Part shown: positions 1 to 11,989 of the stretch, piece by piece
Numbering within the stretch: the stretch's first letter is position 1
How the letters are laid out: each line of letters begins with the position of its first letter
Program-made: the position numbers and the translations under genes
The notes under the pieces: generated by a model
What the model was told of the DNA's origin: nothing
What the model saw: only the letters and a program-made list of their open reading frames with translations
Databases searched by the model: none
Assembly: GCF_001194135.2 (NCBI RefSeq)
Contig: NC_068984.1
Location: 82,421,527 to 82,485,526, forward strand
Source of the DNA: Octopus bimaculoides
Taxonomy: Eukaryota
Direction: 5' to 3'
Length of the DNA stretch: 64,000 bases

Positions 1-393
1 GTGCATCATCATCTACTGCCCAATCTCATAGAATTCTGGCAGAACTGTGTAGCAACAGATCGCCAGCAATTGCTTCATCAGAAATTGCCGTCCTACCTCC
101 TACGAAAAGGAATTACCCTGCTATGTATAATCAAGGCAGCGCAAAAAGTTGCTTTGCACAAGCATTTGTATAGCCAATTAGACGGATGAAATTTACGTAC
201 ACTTAATAACGTTACACAAAACAGCCTTCAGACTTTCCATATTAATTTCATCGTCTTTTGAATTATGAACATATTTACATCATAAGGGTTTTTTCATTGT
301 AAGGCCTTCTTTTTTAGATAATTTTCACCTAGCAAGACTTATCGTAGATGACGTAATAACTCACCCCCGGACAACGTCTGGTTATACTGCTAG
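1..393 (+). mobile_element. Helitron remnant with 3' terminus
   Basis: ccggac-aac-gtctgg hairpin at 367-381 followed by CTAG (390-393) then T; weak AIASSEIAVLP (66-98) resembles the ASSGIAA motif of Helitron PIF1-type helicases. Confidence 0.5.
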
Positions 394-410
394 TATATAT
401 ATAAAAGGAA

Positions 411-646
411 TTTTTGTCCATTCTTTAGCTAAAACAGTCTCCGGTTCTTGTAGTGATGATGGTGGAGGATATCAACTCCTTGTTTTTCTAAAATGCACCA
501 TAAATGTTCAATAATATTGAGATGTGGCGACTGTGGTGGCCAGATAAGATGTTCAACTTCACCAGAATGTTCCTTGTGCCATTCAGTAACAGCTTTAGCT
601 GTGTGAATTAGTGCATTATCATCCTGAAAGATTGTGTTTCCCTCCG
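411..646 (-). mobile_element. Tc1/mariner transposase fragment (Tc1-like catalytic domain C-terminus)
   Basis: minus-strand translation IFQDDNALIHTAKAVTEWH...HLIWPPQSPHLNIIEHLW, then frameshift; matches FQxDNAPxH / WPPQSPDLNPIE motifs. Confidence 0.85.
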
Positions 647-691
647 TATTTCATATCTAGAATAACTGTTACTTAAACATTTTCCCGCACC

Positions 692-739
692 GTCTCTGAT
701 GAAGGGATATATAGAATATCCCGGAAACAGCTGTAAGAC
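692..739 (+). ncRNA. Type I hammerhead ribozyme-like motif (Penelope/retrozyme-type minimal HHR)
   Basis: stem I gtct(692-695)/agac(736-739); CTGATGA 696-702; stem II gggatat/atatccc; GAAA 724-727; palindromic stem III ACAGCTGT; GUA triplet ending 735. Confidence 0.6.
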
Positions 740-2487
740 CTCTTTATAAATGTTCTGAAAACTTCCGCAGCCTTGGATTTTTTATTTCATTCTGTTAATT
801 TATATATATATATGAACATACATACACACTCAGATCTTTTAGTTTCTATCTATGAAATCTGCTCACAAGGCTTTGGTCAACCCAGGGCTATAGTAGAAGA
901 CACTGAAACTGCATTAGAAAACAAGTCTTTCAACCAGGCAGCCATGACTGCACCTGTCAAGATGTATCTTGTGATCCATGCTTTAATGATTAATATTAAC
1001 AAGGATGATCGATTAGCAAAAGTGATAGAGCATTATACAAAATGCTTGGAGTTGTTTAGTAGCAGTCCCTTTTCCTTTCAATTAATAAATAAGTATCAAT
1101 TAAATATGCATTTGCTTTAATTGAGAATTATCATTCCATAAAATATAAGGCCTTTTCCCTCTATCATGAATCAATATTAATATGGTGGGCAGTTTGCAAC
1201 TTGTTTCACTGCTGTCTGGTGCTATTTTGATTAAAGTATTGCTAACTATCATAGTAGAAAATATACATAACTTATTGTGATGGGCTTCCTTTCATTGAAA
1301 AATGAAGCTTTCAGCCTATGTACTAGATATGGAAAGTTTCTTTTGTAGCATTGGTTCTGAGAAAGAGGGCTGAGTATAAATCCTTATTACTTTGTATTTG
1401 TTTAATTTCATTATTCCATTTCTATGACATTATCATAATAAACATTTATCACAAGTTGTTTAACCCCAAGTCATCCCTGATCAAGTAAACTCATAATCAG
1501 ATATGTTTGCAAACATTGCAACACTGCAGTATACACTATAAATAGGCATTTGTTATAAATACTACTGTGCCAAGTGAATGTACCTCAGTCATTCTTCTAT
1601 TTAAAATCTTAAAGAACATATGTGTTCTTTGTGTTACAGTTTTACATGTAGATGTCTTGCTGTTACTACACCAATAAAGGATGTCTGGTTTGAAATTACT
1701 CAACGTTCTATTTGTGATGTGCAGATCTTTGTAGCAGATTGACTAGCAATGCTTGTGCATCCAAATTTTAATGTCAGCATCTAAAAGATTAAACTATATT
1801 TTCTTCTTTGTCTGTTTTGATTGCAGTTACTAGTGAAAATATTCTTTCAGCTGTATTTCTTGTTATTTTTATTGTTAGCTTCATGGATTGGCAAAATAGT
1901 AAGAGCATCAGGCATAATGCCGTGCAATATTTCTTCTTGCTGCTTATGTTCTCTGTTCAAAAGGTCAATTATACTTTTCAGCCCTCCAGAGGTTATTAAA
2001 ATAAAGTATCAAGTACTGAGATTGATATAATTGACTCTTTGTTTTTTATTTTTATTTTATGTATTTCAGTCTAAAGGATGTGGTCATGCTGTGGCACCAC
2101 CAATATCAACACCTTTTGAATAGCCATTTCTATGTGGTTGGCTTTTAGTGAAGGAGGGAGTTAGATTTGAGTTTCTTGCCATGATCTGGTCCCATCTGGG
2201 ATCAGGGACAGCAGAAAGGCAAAGTGCTTCTTGATAACCTGCTGTGTGAATCTTTGTTTAATTCCTTCTCATGAGAAGGAAGTGTTTTTAAATTTCAATG
2301 TTTGGCCTTACTGATGAGATAGCATCACATAGCCTTTTCATGTGAACAAATGATGCACTGTTGATCAATCCCTATTATTTGCACATAGTGTTATTCTAAT
2401 AGAAACAGAAAATATAATATTATATATTTTATTTAATAGCTTTGATTCAGTAAGCAAAACAGATTGCATTTAGATTAAGTTAAAAGA

Positions 2488-3090
2488 ATATGCAGTGCGT
2501 GAGAAGACCAGGCAAGCCAAATGAGACCTAAATCCAAGGCCTCTGCCAGTGGTGTAGCCAGCCCACTTATGCGTACCTTTCCTTCATTGGACACTAAACT
2601 CCGCTTGCGAAGACCTGTTGAGGCAAGTGAAATCGAAATCAAACTAAATTCGACGACTGGCACCCATGCCAACGTCGTCTCCTTCATTGAACACAAAACA
2701 AAGCTTGCGAAGACCTGTTGGGGCAAGCGAAAGCGAAATCGTTATGACATCTGTGCCCAGCGTCACCTTTCTGGCACTTGTGCCCATGGCATGTGTAAGG
2801 ACTTTCGAGCGAGATCGTTGCCAGTGCCCCTGGACTGGCTCTTGTGCAGGTGGCACATAAAATACACCATTTTGAGCATGGCCGTTGCCAGTACGACCTG
2901 ACTGGCCTTCGTGCCGGTGGCACGTAAAAGCACCCACTACACTCTCGGAGTGGTTGGCGTTAGGAAGGGCATCCAGCTGTAGAAACTCTGCCAAATCAGA
3001 TTGGAGCCTGGTGTAGCCATCTGGTTTCACCAGTCCTCAGTCAAATCGTCCAACCCATGCTAGCATGGAAAGCGGACGTTAAACAACAAC
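2488..3090 (+). mobile_element. RTE-clade LINE 3' end (5'-truncated)
   Basis: ends of ORF2 (...EKTRQAK*) followed by 3' UTR shared with copies at 15929, 29899, 58225; ends ggacgttaaac plus short repeat tail. Confidence 0.8.
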
Positions 3091-3117
3091 AAAACCTTTT
3101 TTCTTTTTCTTCTTTAG

Positions 3118-3201
3118 GTGATTCTTGAGGGAACAGATCCCAGTATTTTGGCATTCAGTGACCCCAATAGAGAGCATTTGGTGGAACAAGTATCAATAAA
3201 G
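3118..3201 (+). CDS. CAD: CAD exon (GATase N-terminal subdomain end), VILEGTDPSILAFSDPNREHLVEQVSIK
   Basis: tttag acceptor 3116-3117, gtttgt donor 3202, 84 nt phase 0/0; resembles human [24 protein letters not shown]. Confidence 0.88.
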
Positions 3202-3767
3202 GTTTGTAAACTAAAATTTCTGTCTGAAAATGTTGTAAGTGGTTGAAAGGCTGGTTAACACTTAAATTATCATCTAACCCATGTTATTGTGTATTTAGTA
3301 CAAATACTAGCACAGACATGATATCAGACTAAATGCTTGACAGGTTTTAGTTTTGAGTTTGTATCCTGCTGAGATTGACTTGAATTTCATCTTTCAGTTT
3401 GATAAAAGTAAGAAAGATTAAAACTAGATAGAGTATTATGTGAAGACTTTAGTTGTGTTAATAATGCCAAGTTATTTTCATTGTTGCAATTGAATATTTG
3501 AACTGGATTGCAACCTTAGTCTCTTGTTCAAACCTGTTTGTCTAACTGTGACTTTATTGTTGAGGTTAACAACAGGAGGTACATTTACTGGAAAAACAAA
3601 TGTCTTACATAAAGAAACTAAAGGAAACTTGTCTATGATTGCATCAGTGTAAAATGCCTGCATAACAGTCTAGACAGCTAAAATTCAGAATATATTTTAT
3701 TAGGACCCAAATTGCTCACAATACTGTATAATATTACTAAGTGTTAAAGCATAACTGAGAAGAGCTC

Positions 3768-4136
3768 TTTTACTTGTTTCAGTCATTTGACTACAGCCAT
3801 GCTGGAGCACTGCCTTTAGTTGAGCAAATCGACCCCAGGACTTATTCTTTGTAAGCCTAGTACTTATACTATCGGTGTCTTTTGCCGAACGGCTAAGTTA
3901 CGGGGACGTAAACACACCACCATCGGTTGTCAAGCGATGTTGGGGGGACAAACATATACATACACATACATATATACGACGGGCTTCTTTCAGTTTCCAT
4001 CTACCAGATCCACTCACAAGGCTTTGGTCAGCCTGAAGCTGTAGTAGAAGACACTTGCCCAAGGTGCCACGCAGTGGGAATGAACTCTGAACCATGTGGT
4101 TGGTAAGCAAGCTACTTACCACACAGCCACTCCTGC
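3768..4136 (-). mobile_element. tRNA-derived SINE, near full length
   Basis: reverse complement starts gcaggagtggctgtgtggtaag (A-box-like), B-box-like gttcattccc, body ggcaccttgggcaagtgtcttctact shared with 4603, 9095, 26180 copies. Confidence 0.8.
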
Positions 4137-4408
4137 TGTCCATGAAAAAAAAACTCTATTTCAATTATTGTAATTATTATTGTTGTTGATCACAACAATC
4201 ATTTTCTGAATGTAACCAGAAGTTTGGCTGTAATCTGTGACCTATATTTGATGTCCTGCTAAGCATCAATGATTTCTGTTATATTTGTGCAATTAGCTTT
4301 TGAGACAAACTTTTAACTTTGTGATTGTTATTGGGTGACATATTTCTTCTGATTATTTAATGGGATGCAAATGCATATTTACATGACATTTTTTGTTATC
4401 CATACTAG

Positions 4409-4550
4409 GAACCTGTGGTTTACAACCAGGAAGGGAACTTGAAAATTGTTGCTATTGATTGTGGGATGAAATACAACCAGGTTCGTTGTTTGACTCAGAG
4501 GGGTGTGTCTGTGAAAGTTGTACCATGGAATTACCCTGTGAAACCAGATG
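4409..4550 (+). CDS. CAD: CAD exon (GATase), EPVVYNQEG...[18 protein letters not shown]...VVPWN
   Basis: ag/gtaagt boundaries, DCGxKYNQ motif, phase 0/1. Confidence 0.95.
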
Positions 4551-4602
4551 GTAAGTAACTTCTAACTAGCTGCATGGATTGATTACTGATTTATTTCATC
4601 AA

Positions 4603-4995
4603 GCGCAGACATGGCTCTGTGGTTCCCATCCAATTGGTTCTAGATTCAGTCCCACTGCATGGCACCTTAGGCAGGTGTCTTCTACTATAACCCTGGGCTG
4701 ATCAAAGCCTTGTAATTGGATTTGGTGGATGGAAACGGGAAGAAGCCTATTGTATGTCTGTTGGTGTCTCCTTGTCTTGACATTGTGTAATTGTTGTAAA
4801 CAAGTGTTGCTGTCACACAAGCTGTGTCCTTTTCCAAGCTTCCAGGAGAGCATGTCCAGCCAATGGATAAAAATTACTTCACTTGGAAACAGGTGAGGGC
4901 TGGCAACAGGAAGACCATTTGGCTATAGAAAATCTTCCTGAACAAATCTCATTTGATCCAGGCAAGCATGGAAAAGTGGATGTTAAAACAATGAT
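4603..4995 (+). mobile_element. tRNA-derived SINE (same head as 3768-4136, different tail)
   Basis: gattcagtcccactgcatggcaccttaggcaggtgtcttctactata...; tail ggaaaagtggatgttaaaacaatgatg. Confidence 0.7.
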
Positions 4996-7900
4996 GTGTA
5001 CAGGTAGGTTGAGATATCCATCTCAGAATATGGATAGGAAACCTGAGTATTGTGGGGGAGTCTTTTCAAAAATATATTTAAGCAAAGGGCAGCACTATTA
5101 TTTTTAGAGGTCCTTCCAGGCTGATGAGATGGATAGTGTTGATATTTCCTTTGAACTTCTGTTAGTTAATGCCTATCGGGAATATGTGGTGAGGAAGAGG
5201 AATGTTTGTGCAAAGTATTTGAGTGTTGCATGAAACATAGTGGCTGACAAAAGGAGGAGAGCTATATAATTTAAATGAGCTTGTATTTAGATAAGCAGTT
5301 GTTAAAATAGTAAAAGATGCACCGAAAAAGAACCAGTGTGACTTTATGCCAGTAGTTGTAGCATGTCAGTGAGTGAGGTTTTACCAGTTAGATGGAACCC
5401 AGCCCCTACACAATTGCTTGACCTGTTTTGGAATAGCAGCCAAATTCCCTGAAATTCGTGTACTATGTTAAAAAGAAGGATATACAGGACAATGTACCCC
5501 ATCATGCAGAAACTTTATATTGTCATAGCTGGCACCTTTGATCATATAGTCTATCCAATCAGTGCTGATGTAGGGTTAAGCAATAACAAAACAATACAGG
5601 TAACATAAGAATATCATACAATAATGCTAATCAAGGTTTATATTCCAAATTACTTACACCAACACTTTCACAGTTACCTAGTTAATTCCTATAATTCCTT
5701 CTCAGGCATCACTTTCTGTTTTACACACCTGAGCTAGTTGCTCCAACAGTGTGGTCAACACGCTGCCAATTCTCTTCTGGCCACCTCCTCAACTTCATCA
5801 TTATTTGCATATCATTGGAAATAAAATCATTGTGGATTAATTACACAAAGATATTGATTAGTATGAAGATTTTAGGAAACTAAATCTCCTTCAAATCGCA
5901 TGCTAACAGTTTGGGAAAGGAAGGGCACCTTAGATAATGTGGTGGTGGTAGTGGATCTGTTGTTTAGTAAGGTATGGATTTGTCCCAATAAACTGAATTT
6001 CCTGCTCCTAAATCAATATGTAAGTGGCTGAACATTTTGCAGACACGTGTGGTTTTAGCATAATTCTCATACAGAGTCAGTGTGATATAGTGTGTGTGAA
6101 TAAGTACAATCTTGTCTGACAAGCTTTCATTTGCAAGGTATGGGTCAATCTGAAGTTATAGAAAATGACATTTGCTCAAGATGTCATACAGTGAATTAGG
6201 GCTTTGTAGATATGAAGCAAGCTTCTCAGCCATTTCACCATACTGCACTACTACCTTGGATAATAATGATATTTAAACCAGTGTTATCTGGCCCAAATAT
6301 TCTACCTGTTCTATAATCAAGCAGGCCAGATCTGCTCTCATAACTAGCCTACAAATATCATTCTAAAAATAAACCATCACATCATTGAAATCTTGAAGCT
6401 TCAATATAATGCATGATGCATTCAAAACAATGTGAATAAATAAGCATTATATGTGATAGAGTAATCTGAATGCTTAAGAGTCATAAGAAAAAGACATGAT
6501 GGTTATGGTTAGACTGTTTTTGATCATAAGATTAAACAGAAACACACTGCAGTACATAAATCATCATCATCATGACATCTGTTTCCCTTGCTGGCATGGG
6601 TTGGACGGTTTGACAGGAGCTGGCAAGGCCATGTCAAAATATAACAGTAAACAACTAAATGACTAAAATGTAACTTGGACAATATAGCTGAAATAGTCAA
6701 CATTATATTCATCTCTGGTAACCTTAAACACAATACACCAACCTGGTTACTCAGTTTGCTAGAAAGAGCAGCTAAAACTCCCTAAGTTAGGCCTTATGAT
6801 CCCCCAAAAAGAAAAAACAATGTTAAATAATTTTATCCAAGTTGTGTAGTGTCTGAATAAAAGATGGGTCGGCCACAACTGGGTTAGTTTAGATCAGAGC
6901 TGACTTGAGGTTATACATTCTGAAATAGTCTCAGGATCATGGAAACAAGGGAAACAGAAGACTATCAAACAAACTACAAAAACAGTACTTTGTAAAATAC
7001 TATACAACATAATTAACTATATGTCAAAGTAATTGTTATGGCTTTGAACAAAGTGAGGGAAGACCATTCCTGAAGTAGGCAAGTTCAACAAAAGTTCAGT
7101 CTTTCTGTTGTGCTTTTAAAGTATAAAAAAGAGCAAAGTGTTAGAAATAGCAGTCAAATTTCCTTCAAATCACAACTCAGTTTCAGAAGAAAGGACACAA
7201 GAAAATGTTATCTTGGGGAAAGATGAATAGTCAGAGCTGGAATACCTTCTCAGGTCTGCTCAGTTGGACAGATTCGGGCAATTTCCTTGTAAAATTTTTG
7301 CTAGCCTTTTTTACTCTGTCAATCTTTTTGTTTAAGATTTATCTCTTCCTTGCCTTGTTCAAAAAGGCCACTCCTTCACCTGTACATTTATTGTTTGTCT
7401 CCTTTTATCCTTTTTACCCTTTGATAGTTATGAAACTAATGATATTAATTTTGTAAATATGATGAAACTTCTAATAATTTCTAACACGTTTATATTCAAT
7501 TATATTGACTCTATTGTTTGATTGCTTCTTTTAATTGTTGATCCTGGGAAGATTTAAACGAAAGTTTAGATGTCACCAGGCAGGTTTTGAACTCAAATCA
7601 TTGTCCAATAGAATTTTTTAGAGGGAACATTTTAGTAGTAGGCAGTCTTCCCCTATAGAACCTTTTAAAGTATAAAAAAAAAAGAGCAAACTGTTAGACA
7701 TAATGGCAAAATTTTCCTCAAATCATAACTTATTCTTGGAAGGAAGGCTACATTTAATAATGTGAAATAACGAATACACTTGAAAAGCATTTTTGCCTCT
7801 CCTATCCCATAATTACAATAATGATGATTTCAAATTTTGGAAGAAGAGATAAGTCGTTTACATGACCCCCAGTGTTCAGCTGATACTCATTTTACCAACC

Positions 7901-8772
7901 CTAAAAGCATGAAAGGCAAAGTCAACCTTGGTGGAATTTAAATTCAGAAGATAAAGATGGATGAAATGCCACTAGGCATTTTGTCTGGTGTACCAGCAAT
8001 TCTGCCAGCTTGCTGCCTCAATAATAATAATTTCTTACATGTGCACAAGGCCTCATATTCAGGGCCATTTTAATGTTGATTTTTGTCATCTATAGAATGA
8101 TAAAAGGCTAAGTTGAACTATGCAGACTTGAAATCAGAGCATATAGATCCATACCCAAATTCTGCAGAACTCTTGTGATTATGCCAATCCACTACATTTG
8201 CTGCATAATAATTATAATCCTTCCTACTATAGATACAAGGCTTGCAATTTTGGCTAGTCGATTTTATTGATCACTGACAGGATAAAAGGCAAAGTCAACT
8301 ATGGTGGGATCTGAACTCAGTGTAAAGATGGTTAAAATGCCACTAAGCATTTTGCCCGGCATGCTAACGATTCTGCCAGCTCACCACCTTTACTACATAA
8401 TAATTGATACTGAATAATTACGTTTGAGTGAAGGAAATAACATGAAAACTAGTTTCTGGATCCTTTTTTTTTTTTTTTTTTTTTTGTTTTAGTATCATAT
8501 CTTGTTTGTGTGGGTGGTTCATGAATCTATTAATGGGTTGTGTTTGTTGGTTTGGGAACTGATATTATGTGTGTGTGCTTGTATGTTTAGTTGGATATCT
8601 GGCTCGTTCATAGATTAACAAATGAGGTCATTTAGAATATTTGTTTACTTTACAATTTTAAGACACATATGCACACATTGCCGAAGTAGTATTGATAATG
8701 CTATTTCATCTAGTTGAGTAGGATTGGTGATTTTAGAGCAGGGGCACTTCCCATTGTTCACTATGTGAATTA

Positions 8773-8786
8773 GTGTGTGTCTGTGT

Positions 8787-8824
<38 letters not shown>

Positions 8825-9031
8825 ACCTTTCCATTGTTTTCACATCCGTTCTTTGCATGGGTCAAACAGAATTTGTTGTAGCTGATTTTCTACAACTGAA
8901 TGCCCTTTCGACAAACTTCACATTTCCATGGAATATGAAAAATAAAGGATACTCATTTACGACTATTGCAGTGTCAAGACATACTCACACATACTCACCC
9001 ATACATGCACACTAACAGATACATACATGTA

Positions 9032-9088
<57 letters not shown>

Positions 9089-9090
9089 AC
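8773..9090. repeat. (CA)n and (TA)n microsatellites
   Basis: CA run about 8787-8826, TA run about 9043-9079. Confidence 0.9.
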
Positions 9091-9094
9091 GTGC

Positions 9095-9228
9095 TGAATC
9101 CACTCAAGGCTTTGATTGGTATGGGGCTATAGCTGAAAACACTTGACCAAGGTCCCACACAGTGGGATTGAACCTTGGACCATGTTGTCGGGAAGCAAAT
9201 TTCTCAATCACACAGCCATACCTGCACT
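9095..9228 (-). mobile_element. tRNA-derived SINE head fragment
   Basis: reverse complement of gcaggtatggctgtgtga...ggttcaatcccactgtgtgggaccttggtcaagtg. Confidence 0.7.
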
Positions 9229-9552
9229 TAGTGAAGAAAAGTATAAATTTCACATATTGTTCTGTTGTGCTCAATGGCTGTTTCATTTGTAATAAACCTC
9301 ATTATATAATTATGTTATGAAAGATACATAATTAATAGATTAATTTAAAAGTGATGGAAACCGAAAGCCCATTGAATGGACTGTACTTGTAATCCAAAGG
9401 TCTATCCTTGTTGCTCTGTGTCTGGAATACTGAGCTACTTACACTATAAATTGAGTTTGTACCAAAGCTGATTGAAAAACTGAAATACTGGTTGAAATCA
9501 TGAGATCCATCATCTGTTTTTATACAGTAATATTTATTTCTTTATTGCTCAG

Positions 9553-9745
9553 AGGGGACAAACAAGGACAAAGGGATTAAGTCGATTACATCGACTCCAG
9601 TGCGTAACTAGTACTTATTTAATTGACCCCGAAAGGATGAAAGGCAAAGTAGACCTTGGCGGAATTTGAACTCAAAACGTAAAGGCAGACGAAATACCGC
9701 TAAGCATTTTGCCTGGTGTGCTAATGATTCTGCCAGCTCGCTGCC
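9553..9745 (-). mobile_element. Second tRNA-derived SINE family
   Basis: reverse complement of ggcagcgagctggcagaatc...gagttcaaattccgcc...ctttgcctttcatcctttcggggtc; same family as 17833-18046 and 63765-63908. Confidence 0.8.
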
Positions 9746-10089
9746 CTTTTATACAGTAATATTGCTTGTAATGATCTATCTATATAAGTCAAAGCTTCCT
9801 TTATAACTGTATATGTGTTTGTCTGATTTCCCCCCTTGTATATGCATGTGTTTTGCATACGTATTAGAGAAAAACCAGTTTTGTGCTATTTATATTTTAC
9901 TCAGTTATTGATTTGTGAAGTGAACTGAAATAGGAACAACTCGATTGCAATTGTACTGCAGGTCACACTCATTAACGGTATTGCACAGAATATTCATACA
10001 TGTTCATTAAGAGGATAACAAGCAACAAATAAAGACCTGGTTATGCCTGATACTTAAAAAAAAAACCTCTTTATTACCTAATATACTGG

Positions 10090-11200
10090 TGTAGGCTGTG
10101 TCATTGTACAATTAGTTGTATTATCATTACAGCCGACTTAATAACTCCATATGACAGGTGACTGCATCTGCAGGTTAGAAGTTGAAGTGTATTGGTGAAC
10201 AACTTCATACCATTTAGTTAAGGTGCTGTCTTTCTTTGGATATAGTCTAGGGTATGTGTGTTTGTAGCAGCACTGTCCCAGTTGTGGATACAGTACTCCA
10301 CTGTGGGTTTCACTTGAGTTTTGTAAAAATTTGCAAACTGAAGTATTTTCTGGCCTGCAAGAAGACACTCTTTGCCATTTTAAGAATGTGTATTTGCTAG
10401 GAGAGATCTTCAGTGATGGTGAGGCTTAGCATTTGAAATGATTGTAAGGGTTTTAATTATATACTGTTAATGTTGATGAGTGGAGATGGCTGCAATGTTT
10501 CCTTGATATGGGCAGTGATTGTGTCTTTGCTGTTCAAGGTGATGAGATGGGTTACAATGAAAACAAAACAAAGCACCATATTGTAAACTTGGAACACATG
10601 TGTGATTTCTTTCTTTTTAATTTTTATACTTTACATCACAGCAGTGCAAACTTCAACATTATGCAATTAGGTGTAATTTCACTATAGCCTTCTTAACAAT
10701 ACTATATAATTATATATGTGCGTGTTTATATAGAAATAATGGATTGTGTGAAATATAGTTTGTTGAAAGAAAGTGTGCAATTAATAAGAAGTGGCTGGTG
10801 GAAGGGTTATTTTGTTACTCCAACTCAGCTGTTTGGCCTATGATTTGAGGCATTCCAGCCATGACCATTTGGACTTCTTTCTTTCTGGAAATGTATCTTG
10901 TTGTACATTAATCCAGTGTTGTTTAAGACAGTAGATGCAGTTTGAAGATTTAGCTCCTATTTCTAACAGGCTGAACTGCTCTATAGAGGTTGTCTGGTTT
11001 TCAAATGTAAGTTGCACATTGCAAAGAGGAGTTTGAGACAGTACAGTATGAGGCCTGTGACTGAAGATTTTTGGTAAAGAAAGTTTGTTGTAACTCCAAT
11101 CACTCTTCTTTTGTATGTATGTGGCATTGAGATTGTTGATCAAATAATTAAAAATGGCCAAGGAGTTCAGCACACTAGGAATATCCTACAATTAACTGTT
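10090..11200 (-). mobile_element. Degenerate CR1/L2/Jockey-type LINE ORF2 fragments
   Basis: minus-strand pieces LSLTITEDLS*QIHILKMAK, FLQARKYFS, FYKTQVKPTVEYCIHNWD, LDYIQRK resemble the RT C-terminal LYKxxVRPxxEY...W...LDRIQR pattern; many stops and shifts; 5' extent uncertain. Confidence 0.55.
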
Positions 11201-11989
11201 TGTTGTCATGCAATGTTTACTAAAGTACAGCACAATATGTTGCAATTAGTGCATGCCTCGGTATGAATGGAGATTTTATGGGTGAATATTAGCTCTGTTT
11301 ACAGGTATACAATTCAACATAGAATTTCTTTGGAGAGAATGTGGGTTTGTTAGCTTGTATTTGTATGGCTTTGTGCTAGCTTTTCAGTTGTGTATGTGTA
11401 TACTTGTGCTTGCTTTTGTTGTTTGGCTCCAGGTTAGCCTAAGTAAGATGACATCAGTAGCATTGTGTTTACTGTCTTTTTTGTATGTCAGATTATATTG
11501 TTCAGTGTGCATTTCCTTATTTTAAGATAGTAGTGTGATTTGAGGGGAACTTGATTTGTTGCATGAAAAGGGACTACATGAAGTTTAAGGCAAATTACAT
11601 AGTGTGGTAATTAGTGCTGTAGTGAACCAAAGTATTGTAGTAAACAGTAAATGTGTATATAAGTATGTATGCAAGTAACTAAGTATGTACGTATGTTTGT
11701 ACCAATAAAGTAGTAAACCATCAGTTTTAACTGTGAACTTTGGCTTTTACTTACTTACAAGTATACTAGAAGAAAAATGTTAATACTCTTTAAAACAAGT
11801 AATTTATAAATCTGGCACAAGCCAATGTACTTCACAAAGGAAGAGTCCACTTGATAAATGTCAAATAAATGAACATATTCACCTGCTATGTAGAGTGATA
11901 CAACGCTCCATCTTACAGGTTCAAATCTAGCAAAATCACAACACTCACCCCACCTAAAAAAAGTTGACAAGCAGTTCAAAATTTAAGAA

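Noticed and set aside
773-1120. 115-aa ORF and similar short ORFs (4599-5107, 29012-29390, 61517-62217)
   Set aside because: Overlap SINE fragments or low-complexity pyrimidine tracts; no recognisable domain or splice support.
2750-2935. CRISPR-like array (repeated palindromic units with variable spacers)
   Set aside because: Eukaryotic LINE 3' UTR; units recur identically in other RTE copies, spacers are not unique and there are no cas genes.
1-3117. Missing N-terminal CAD exons
   Set aside because: No EDG, GEVVF or TDPSY-like motifs found by eye; they must lie upstream of the window.
4060-4136. tRNA genes at SINE heads (also 26180, 17833)
   Set aside because: A/B-box-like motifs present but no full cloverleaf, and each continues into a SINE body.
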